A stretch of 64,000 nt of DNA, taken from NCBI RefSeq assembly GCF_009914755.1, contig NC_060938.1; one strand, written 5' to 3'. The translations under genes were made by a program, and so were the position numbers. A model generated the notes under the pieces. That model had not been told where the DNA came from. It saw only the letters and a program-made list of their open reading frames with translations, and searched no databases. This DNA comes from the human T2T-CHM13v2.0 reference genome, Homo sapiens. This document shows, one piece after another, positions 39,201 to 50,600 of the stretch (within the stretch, counting starts at the first letter, position 1; each line of letters begins with the position of its first letter).

Positions 39201-42200
39201 AACCTACTCTGTGAAAGGGAATATTCAACTCTGTGACTTGAATGCACATATCACAAAGAAGTTTCTGAGAATGCTTCTGTCGAGATTTTATATGAAGATA
39301 TTCCCGTTTCCAATGAAATCCTGAAATCTATCCAAATATCCCCTCGCAGATTCTACAAAAAGAGTGTTTCAAAACTGCTCTGTGAAAAGAAAGGTTCAAC
39401 TCTGTTAGTTGAGTACACACATCACAAACAAGTTTCACAGAATGCTTCTTTCTAGCTTGTAGGGGAAGATATTCCCTTTATCACCATGGGCCTCAAACCG
39501 TCCGAAACGTCCACTTCCATATACTACAAAAAGAGCATTTCAAACCTGCTCTAGGAAAGGCAATGTTCAACTCTGTGACTTGAATGCAGACATCACAGAG
39601 CTGTTTCTGAGAATGCTTCTGTCTAGATTTTATAGGAAGATATTCCCGTTTCCAACGAAATCTTCACAGCTATCCAAATATCCACTTGCAGATTCTACAA
39701 AAAGAGTGTATCAAAACTGCTCTGTCAAAAGGAAGGTTCTTCTCTGTTAGGTGAGTGCATACGTCATAAAGGAGTTTCTGAGAATGTTTCTGTCTAGTGG
39801 TTATGGGAAGATATTTGCTTTTTCCCCGTAGGCCTCAGGGCGCTCCAAATGTCCACTTGCACATGCTACAAAAAGAGTGCTTCAAAGCTACTCTCTGGAA
39901 GGGAATGTTCAACTCTATGAGTTGAATGCAAACATCACAAAGACGTTTCTGAGAATGCTTCTGTCTAGATTTGATATGAAGATATTCCCGTTTCCAACGA
40001 AATCTTCAAATCTATCCAAATGTCCACTTGCAGATTCAACAAAAAGTGTTTTTCAGAACTGCTCTATCAAAAGAAAGATCCACCTCTGTTAGCTGAGTTC
40101 ACACATCACAAACAAGTTTATGAGAATGCTTCTGTCTAGTTTTTATTTGAAGATATTTCCTTTCTCACCATAGACCTGAAAGCTGTCCTAATGTTCACTT
40201 CCAGATACTACAGAAAGAGTGTTTCAAAACTGCTGTACGAAAGGGAATGTTCAACTCTGTGACTTGAATGCACACATCACAAAGAAGTTTCTGAGGATGC
40301 TGCTGTCTACTTTTTATACGTAATCCCGTTTCCAACGAAATCCTCCAAGCTATCCAAATATCCACTTGCAGATTCCACAGAAAGACTGTTTCAAAACTGC
40401 TCTGTCAATAGAAAGGTTCAACTCTGTTAGCTGCGTGCATATATCCCAAAGAAGATTCTGAGATTGCTTCTGTCTAGTTTTTATGGGAAGATATTTCCCT
40501 TTTCACCGTAGGCGTCAAGGCGCTCCAAATGTCCACTTCCAGATACTACAAAAAGAGTGTTTCAAACCTACTCTGTGAAAGGGAATATTCAACTCTGTGA
40601 CTTGAATGCACATATCACAAAGAAGTTTCTGAGAATGCTTCTGTCGAGATTTTATATGAAGATATTCCCGTTTCCAACGAAATCCTGAAATCTATCCAAA
40701 TATCCCCTCGCAGATTCTACAGAAAGAGTGTTTCAAAACTGCTCTGTAAAAAGAAAGGTTCAACTCTGTTAGTTGAGTACAAACATCACAAACAAGTTTC
40801 AAAGAATGCTTCTTTCTAGCTTGTAGGGGAATATATTCCCTTTATCACCATGGGTCTCAAACCGTCCGAAACGTCCACTTCCATATACTACAAAAAGAGC
40901 GTTTCAAACCTGCTCTATGAAAGGCAATGTTCAACTCTGTGACTTGAATGCAGACATCACAGAGCTGTTTCTGAGAATGCTTCTGTCTAGATTTTATAGG
41001 AAGATATTCCCGTTTCCAACGAAATCTTCACAGCTATCCAAATATCCACTTGCAGATTCTACAAAAAGAGTGTATCAAAACTGCTCTGTCAAAAGGAAGG
41101 TTCTTCTCTGTTAGGTGAGTGCATACGTCATAAAGGAGTTTCTGAGAATGTTTCTGTCTAGTGGTTATGGGAAGATATTTGCTTTTTCCCCGTAGGCCTC
41201 AGGGCGCTCCAAATGTCCACTTGCACATGCTACAAAAAGAGTGCTTCAAAGCTACTCTCTGGAAGGGAATGTTGAACTCTATGAGTTGAATGCAAACATC
41301 ACAAAGACGTTTCTGAGAATGCTTCTGTCTAGATTTGATATGAAGATATTCCCGTTTCCAACGAAATCTTCAAATCTATCCAAATATCCACTTGCAGATT
41401 CAACAAAAAGTGTTTTTCAGAACTGCTCTATCAAAAGAAAGATCCACCTCTGTTAGCTGAGTTCACACATCACAAACAAGTTTATGAGAATGCTTCTGTC
41501 TAGTTTTTATTTGAAGATATTTCCTTTCTCACCATAGACCTGAAAGCTGTCCTAATGTTCACTTCCAGATACTACAGAAAGAGTGTTTCAAAACTGCTGT
41601 ACGAAAGGGAATGTTCAACTCTGTGACTTGAATGCACACATCACAAAGAAGTTTCTGAGGATGCTGCTGTCTACTTATTATACGTAATCCCGTTTCCAAC
41701 GAAATCCTCCAAGCTATCGAAATATCCACTTGCAGATTCCACAGAAAGACTGTTTCAAAACTGCTCTGTCAATAGAAAGGTTCAACTCTGTTAGCTGCGT
41801 GCATATATCCCAAAGAAGATTCTGAGATTGCTTCTGTCTAGTTTTTATGGGAAGATATTTCCCTTTTCACCGTAGGCGTCAAGGCGCTCCAAATGTCCAC
41901 TTCCAGATACTACAAAAAGAGTGTTTCAAACCTACTCTGTGAAAGGGAATATTCAACTCTGTGACTTGAATGCACATATCACAAAGAAGTTTCTGAGAAT
42001 GCTTCTGTCGAGATTTTATATGAAGATATTCCCGTTTCCAACGAAATCCTGAAATCTATCCAAATATCCCCTCGCAGATTCTACAGAAAGAGTGTTTCAA
42101 AACTGCTCTGTAAAAAGAAAGGTTCAACTCTGTTAGTTGAGTACACACATCACAAACAAGTTTCACAGAATGCTTCTTTCTAGCTTGTAGGGGAAGATAT

Positions 42201-43644
42201 TCCCTTTATCACCATGGGCCTCAAACCGTCCGAAACGTCCACTTCCATATACTACAAAAAGAGCGTTTCAAACCTGCTCTAGGAAAGGCAATGTTCAACT
42301 CTGTGACTTGAATGCAGACATCACAGAGCAGTTTCTGAGAATGCTTCTGTCTAGATTTTATAGGAAGATATTCCCGTTTCCAACGAAATCTTCACAGCTA
42401 TCCAAATATCCACTTGCAGATTCTACAAAAAGAGTGTATCAAAACTGCTCTGTCAAAAGGAAGGTTCTTCTCTGTTAGGTGAGTGCATACGTCATAAAGC
42501 AGTTTCTGAGAATGTTTCTGTCTAGTGGTTATGGGAAGATATTTGCTTTTTCACCGTAGGCCTCAGAGCGGTCCAAATATCCACTTGCACATACTACAAA
42601 AAGAGTGCCTCAAAGCTGCTCTCTGAAACGGAATGTTCAACTCTATGAGTTGAATGCAAACATCACAAAGACGTTTCTGAGAATGCTTCTGTCTAGATTT
42701 GATATGAAGATATTCCCGTTTCCAACGAAATCTTCAAATCTATCCAAATGTCCACTTGCAGATTCAACAAAAAGTGTTTTTCAGAACTGCTCTATCAAAA
42801 GAAAGATCCACCTCTGTTAGCTGAGTTCACACATCACAAACAAGTTTATGAGAATGCTTCTGTCTAGTTTTTATTTGAAGATATTTCCTTTCTCACCATA
42901 GACCTGAAAGCTGTCCTAATGTTCACTTCCAGATACTACAGAAAGAGTGTTTCAAAACTGCTGTACGAAAGAGAATGTTCAACTCTGTGACTTGAATGCA
43001 CACATCACAAAGAAGTTTCTCAGGATGCTGCTGTCTACTTTTTATACGTAATCCCGTTTCCAACGAAATCCTCCAAGCTATCCAAATATCCACTTGCAGA
43101 TTCCACAGAAAGACTGTTTCAAAACTGCTCTGTCAATAGAAAGGTTCAACTCTGTTAGCTGCGTGCATATATCCCAAAGAAGATTCTGAGATTGCTTCTG
43201 TCTAGTTTTTATGAGAAGATATTTCCCTTTTCACCGTAGGTGTCAAGGCGCTCCAAATGTCCACTTCCAGATACTACAAAAAGAGTGTTTCAAACCTACT
43301 CTGTGAAAGGGAATATTCAACTCTGTGACTTGAATGCACATATCACAAAGAAGTTTCTGAGAATGCTTCTGTCGAGATTTTATATGAAGATATTCCCGTT
43401 TCCAACGAAATCCTGAAATGTATCCAAATATCCCCTCGCAGATTCTACAAAAAGAGTGTTTCAAAACTGCTCTGTAAAAAGAAAGGTTCAACTCTGTTAG
43501 TTGAGTACAAACATCACAAACAAGTTTCACAGAATGCTTCTTTCTAGCTTGTAGCGGAATATATTCCCTTTATCACCATGAGTCTCAAACCGTCAGAAAC
43601 GTCCACTTCCATATACTACAAAAAGAGCGTTTCAAACCTGCTCT

Positions 43645-44328
43645 ATGAAAGGCAATGTTCAACTCTGTGACTTGAATGCAGACATCACAGAGCTGTTTCT
43701 GAGAATGCTTCTGTCTAGATTTTATAGGAAGATATTCCCGTTTCCAACGAAATCTTCACAGCTATCCAAATATCCACTTGCAGATTCTACAAAAAGAGTG
43801 TATCAAAACTGCTCTGTCAAAAGGAAGGTTCTTCTCTGTTAGGTGAGTGCATACGTCATAAAGGAGTTTCTGAGAATGTTTCTGTCTAGTGTTTATGGGA
43901 AGATATTTGCTTTTTCCCCGTAGGCCTCAGGGCGCTCCAAATGTCCACTTGCACATGCTACAAAAAGAGTGCTTCAAAGCTACTCTCTGGAAGGGAATGT
44001 TCAACTCTATGAGTTGAATGCAATCATCACAAAGACGTTTCTGAGAATGCTTCTGTCTAGATTTGATATGAAGATATTCCCGTTTCCAACGAAATGCTGA
44101 AATGTATCAAAATATCCCCTCGCAGATTCTACAAAAAGAGTGTTTCAAAACTGCTCTGTAAAAAGAAAGGTTCAACTCTGTTAGTTGAGTACACACATCA
44201 CAAACAAGTTTCAAAGAATGCTTCTTTCTAGCTTGTAGGGGAAGATATTCCCTTTATCACCATGGGCCTCAAACCGTCCGATAAGTCCACTTCCATATAC
44301 TACAAAAAGAGCGTTTCAAACCTGCTCT
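43645..44328 (-). repeat. 4-mer HOR structural variant (684 bp; 680 bp or 4 monomers deleted) with a hybrid monomer
   Basis: Unit starts at 43645 and 44329 are 684 bp apart. The box-2 left flank (atttgatatgaag) is joined to the box-4 right flank (ctgaaatgtatc..cccctcgcag) at about 44066-44095. Confidence 0.96.
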
Positions 44329-47300
44329 ATGAAAGGTAATGTTCAACTCTGTGACTTGAATGCAGACGTCACAGAGCAGTTTCTGAGAATGCTTCTGTCT
44401 AGATTTTATAGGAAGATATTCCCGTTTCCAACGAAATCTTCACAGCTATCCAAATATCCACTTGCAGATTCTACAAAAAGATTGTATCAAAACTGCTCTG
44501 TCAAAAGGAAGGTTCTTCTCTGTTAGGTGAGTGCATACGTCATAAAGGAGTTTCTGAGAATGTTTCTGTCTAGTGGTTATGGGAAGATATTTGCTTTTTC
44601 ACCGTAGGCCTCAGAGCGGTCCAAATATCCACTTGCACATACTACAAAAAGAGTGCCTCAAAGCTGCTCTCTGAAACGGAATGTTCAACTCTATGAGTTG
44701 AATGCAAACATCACAAATACGTCTCTGAGAATGCTTCTGTCTAGATTTGATATGAAGATATTCCCGTTTCCAACGAAATCTTCAAATCTATCCAAATGTC
44801 CACTTGCAGATTCAACAAAAAGTGTTTTTCAGAACTGCTCTATCAAAAGAAAGATCCACCTCTGTTAGCTGAGTTCACACATCACAAACAAGTTTATGAG
44901 AATGCTTCTGTCTAGTTTTTATTTGAAGATATTTCCTTTCTCACCATAAACCTGAAAGCTGTCCTAATGTTCACTTCCAGATACTACAGAAAGAGTGTTT
45001 CAAAACTGCTGTACGAAAGGGAATGTTCAACTCTGTGACTTGAATGCACACATCACAAAGAAGTTTCTGAGGATGCTGCTGTCTACTTATTATACGTAAT
45101 CCCGTTTCCAACGAAATCCTCCAAGCTATCCAAATATCCACTTGCAGATTCCACAGAAAGACTCTTTCAAAACTGCTCTGTCAATAGAAAGGTTCAACTC
45201 TGTTAGCTGCGTGCATATATCCCAAAGAAGATTCTGAGATTGCTTCTGTCTAGTTTTTATGGGAAGATATTTCCCTTTTCACCGTAGGCGTCAAGGCGCT
45301 CCAAATGTCCACTTCCAGATACTACAAAAAGAGTGTTTCAAACCTACTCTGTGAAAGCGAATATTCAACTCTGTGACTTGAATGCACATATCACAAAGAA
45401 GTTTCTGAGAATGCTTCTGTCGAGATTTTATATGAAGATATTCCCGTTTCCAACGAAATCCTGAAATCTATCCAAATATCCCCTCGCAGATTCTACAGAA
45501 AGAGTGTTTCAAAACTGCTCTGTAAAAAGAAAGGTTCAACTCTGTTACTTGAGTACACACATCACAAACAAGTTTCACAGAATGCTTCTTTCTAGCTTGT
45601 AGGGGAAGATATTCCCTTTATCACCATGGGCCTCAAACCGTCCGAAACGTCCACTTCCATATACTACAAAAAGAGCGTTTCAAACCTGCTCTAGGAAAGG
45701 CAATGTTCAACTCTGTGACTTGAATGCAGACATCACAGAGCAGTTTCTGAGAATGCTTCTGTCTAGATTTTATAGGAAGATATTCCCGTTTACAAAGAAA
45801 TCTTCACAGCTATCCAAATATCCACTTGCAGATTCTACAAAAAGAGTGTATCAAAACTGCTCTGTCAAAAGGAAGGTTCTTCTCTGTTAGGTGAGTGCAT
45901 ACGTCATAAAGGAGTTTCTGAGAATGTTTCTGTCTAGTGGTTATGGGAAGATATTTGCTTTTTCACCGTAGGCCTCAGAGCGCTCCAAATATCCACTTGC
46001 ACATACTACAAAAAGAGTGCCTCAAAGCTGCTCTCTGAAACGGAATGTTCAACTCTATGAGTTGAATGCAAACATCACAAAGACGTCTCTGAGAATGCTT
46101 CTGTCTAGATTTGATATGAAGATATTCCCGTTTCCAACGAAATCTTCAAATCTATCCAAATGTCCACTTGCAGATTCAACAAAAAGTGTTTTTCAGAACT
46201 GCTCTATCAAAAGAAAGATCCACCTCTGTTAGCTGAGTTCACACATCACAAACAAGTTTATGAGAATGCTTCTGTCTAGTTTTTATTTGAAGATATTTCC
46301 TTTCTCACCATAGACCTGAAAGCTGTCCTAATGTTCACTTCCAGATACTACAGAAAGAGTGTTTCAAAACTGCTGTACGAAAGGGAATGTTCAACTCTGT
46401 GACTTGAATGCACACATCACAAAGAAGTTTCTGAGGATGCTGCTGTCTACTTATTATACGTAATCCCGTTTCCAACGAAATCCTCCAAGCTATCCAAATA
46501 TCCAGTTGCAGATTCCACAGAAAGACTCTTTCAAAACTGTTCTGTCAATAGAAAGGTTCAACTCTGTTAGCTGCGTGCATATATCCCAAAGAAGATTCTG
46601 AGATTGCTTCTGTCTAGTTTTTATGGGAAGATATTTCCCTTTTCACCGTAGGCGTCAAGGCGCTCCAAATGTCCACTTCCAGATACTACAAAAAGAGTGT
46701 TTCAAACCTACTCTGTGAAAGCGAATATTCAACTCTGTGACTTGAATGCACATATCACAAAGAAGTTTCTGAGAATGCTTCTGTCGAGGTTTTATATGAA
46801 GATATTCCCGTTTCCAACGAAATCCTGAAATCTATCCAAATATCCCCTCGCAGATTCTACAGAAAGAGTGTTTCAAAACTGCTCTGTAAAAAGAAAGGTT
46901 CAACTCTGTTACTTGAGTACACACATCACAAACAAGTTTCACAGAATGCTTCTTTCTAGCTTGTAGGGGAAGATATTCCCTTTATCACCATGGGCCTCAA
47001 ACCGTCCGAAACGTCCACTTCCATATACTACAAAAAGAGCGTTTCAAACCTGCTCTAGGAAAGGCAATGTTCAACTCTGTGACTTGAATGCAGACATCAC
47101 AGAGCAGTTTCTGAGAATGCTTCTGTCTAGATTTTATAGGAAGATATTCCCGTTTCCAAAGAAATCTTCACAGCTATCCAAATATCCACTTGCAGATTCT
47201 ACAAAAAGAGTGTATCAAAACTGCTCTGTCAAAAGGAAGGTTCTTCTCTGTTAGGTGAGTGCATACGTCATAAAGGAGTTTCTGAGAATGTTTCTGTCTA

Positions 47301-47699
47301 GTGGTTATGGGAAGATATTTGCTTTTTCACCGTAGGCCTCAGAGCGCTCCAAATATCCACTTGCACATACTACAAAAAGAGTGCCTCAAAGCTGCTCTCT
47401 GAAACGGAATGTTCAACTCTATGAGTTGAATGCAAACATCACAAAGACGTCTCTGAGAATGCTTCTGTCTAGATTTGATATGAAGATATTCCCGTTTCCA
47501 ACGAAATCTTCAAATCTATCCAAATGTCCACTTGCAGATTCAACAAAAAGTGTTTTTCAGAACTGCTCTATCAAAAGAAAGATCCACCTCTGTTAGCTGA
47601 GTTCACACATCACAAACAAGTTTATGAGAATGCTTCTGTCTAGTTTTTATTTGAAGATATTTCCTTTCTCACCATAGACCTGAAAGCTGTCCTAATGTT

Positions 47700-50600
47700 C
47701 ACTTCCAGATACTACAGAAAGAGTGTTTCAAAACTGCTGTACGAAAGGGAATGTTCAACTCTGTGACTTGAATGCACACATCACAAAGAAGTTTCTGAGG
47801 ATGCTGCTGTCTACTTATTATACGTAATCCCGTTTCCAACGAAATCCTCCAAGCTATCCAAATATCCACTTGCAGATTCCACAGAAAGACTCTTTCAAAA
47901 CTGTTCTGTCAATAGAAAGGTTCAACTCTGTTAGCTGCGTGCATATATCCCAAAGAAGATTCTGAGATTGCTTCTGTCTAGTTTTTATGGAAGATATTTC
48001 CCTTTTCACCGTAGGCGTCAAGGCGCTCCAAATGTCCACTTCCAGATACTACAAAAAGAGTGTTTCAAACCTACTCTGTGAAAGGGAATATTCAACTCTG
48101 TGACTTGAATGCACATATCACAAAGAAGTTTCTGAGAATGCTTCTGTCGAGATTTTATATGAAGATATTCCCGTTTCCAACGAAATCCTGAAATCTATCC
48201 AAATATCCCGTCGCAGATTCTACAGAAAGAGTGTTTCAAAACTGCTCTGTAAAAAGAAAGGTTCAACTCTGTTACTTGAGTACACACATCACAAACAAGT
48301 TTCACAGAATGCTTCTTTCTAGCTTGTAGGGGAAGATATTCCCTTTATCACCATGGGCCTCAAACCGTCCGAAAAGTCCACTTCCATATACTACAAAAAG
48401 AGCGTTTCAAACCTGCTCTAGGAAAGGCAATGTTCAACTCTGTGACTTGAATGCAGACATCACAGAGCAGTTTCTGAGAATGCTTCTGTCTAGATTTTAT
48501 AGGAAGATATTCCCGTTTCCAAAGAAATCTTCACAGCTATCCAAATATCCACTTGCAGATTCTACAAAAAGAGTGTATCAAAACTGCTCTGTCAAAAGGA
48601 AGGTTCTTCTCTGTTAGGTGAGTGCATACGTCATAAAGCAGTTTCTGAGAATGTTTCTGTCTAGTGGTTATGGGAAGATATTTGCTTTTTCACCGTAGGC
48701 CTCAGAGCGGTCCAAATATCCACTTGCACATACTACAAAAAGAGTGCCTCAAAGCTGCTCTCTGAAACGGAATGTTCAACTCTATGAGTTGAATGCAAAC
48801 ATCACAAAGACGTTTCTGAGAATGCTTCTGTCTAGATTTGATATGAAGATATTCCCGTTTCCAACGAAATCTTCAAATCTATCCAAATGTCCACTTGCAG
48901 ATTCAACAAAAAGTGTTTTTCAGAACTGCTCTATCAAAAGAAAGATCCACCTCTGTTAGCTGAGTTCACACATCACAAACAAGTTTATGAGAATGCTTCT
49001 GTCTAGTTTTTATTTGAAGATATTTCCTTTCTCACCATAGAGCTGAAAGCTGTCCTAATGTTCACTTCCAGATACTACAGAAAGAGTGTTTCAAAACTGC
49101 TGTACGAAAGGGAATGTTCAACTCTGTGACTTGAATGCACACATCACAAAGAAGTTTCTGAGGATGCTGCTGTCTACTTTTTATACGTAATCCCGTTTCC
49201 ATCGAAATCCTCCAAGCTATCCAAATATCCACTTGCAGATTCCACAGAAAGACTGTTTCAAAACTGCTCTGTCAATAGAAAGGTTCAACTCTGTTAGCTG
49301 CGTGCATATATCCCAAAGAAGATTCTGAGATTGCTTCTGTCTAGTTTTTATGGGAAGATATTTCCCTTTTCACCGTAGGCGTCAAGGCGCTCCAAATGTC
49401 CACTTCCAGATACTACAAAAGGAGTGTTTCAAACCTACTCTGTGAAAGGGAATATTCAACTCTGTGACTTGAATGCACATATCACAAAGAAGTTTCTGAG
49501 AATGCTTCTGTCGAGATTTTATATGAAGATATTCCCGTTTCCAACGAAATCCTGAAATCTATCCAAATATCCCCTCGCAGATTCTACAGAAAGAGTGTTT
49601 CAAAACTGCTCTGTAAAAAGAAAGGTTGAACTCTGTTAGTTGAGTACACACATCACAAACAAGTTTCACAGAATGCTTCTTTCTAGCTTGTAGGGGAAGA
49701 TATTCCCTTTATCACCATGGGCCTCAAACCGTCCGAAACGTCCACTTCCATATACTACAAAGAGAGCGTTTCAAACCTGCTCTAGGAAAGGCAATGTTCA
49801 ACTCTGTGACTTGAATGCAGACATCACAGAGCAGTTTCTGAGAATGCTTCTGTCTAGATTTTATAGGAAGATATTCCCGTTTCCAACGAAATCTTCACAG
49901 CTATCCAAATATCCACTTGCAGATTCTACAAAAAGAGTGTATCAAAACTGCTCTGTCAAAAGGAAGGTTCTTCTCTGTTAGGTAAGTGCACACGTCATAA
50001 AGGAGTTTCTGAGAATGTTTCTGTCTAGTGGTTATGGGAAGATATTTGCTTTTTCACCGTAGGCCTCAGGGCGCTCCAAATGTCCACTTGCACATGCTAC
50101 AAAAAGAGTGCTTCAAAGCTGCTCTCTGAAAGGGAATGTTCAACTCTATGAGTTGAATGCAAACATCACAAAGACGTCTCTGAGAATGCTTCTGTCTAGA
50201 TTTGATATGAAGATATTCCCGGTTCCAACGAAATCTTCAAATCTATCCAAATGTCCACTTGCAGATTCAACAAAAAGTGTTTTTCAGAACTGCTCTATCA
50301 AAAGAAAGATCCACCTCTGTTAGCTGAGTTCACACATCACAAACAAGTTTATGAGAATGCTTCTGTCTAGTTTTTATTTGAAGATATTTCCTTTCTCACC
50401 ATAGACCTGAAAGCTGTCCTAATGTTCACTTCCAGATACTACAGAAAGAGTGTTTCAAAACTGCTGTACGAAAGGGAATGTTCAACTCTGTGACTTGAAT
50501 GCACACATCACAAAGAAGATTCTGAGGATGCTGCTGTCTACTTTTTATATGTAATCCCGTTTCCAACGAAATCCTCCAAGCTATCCAAATATCCACTTGC

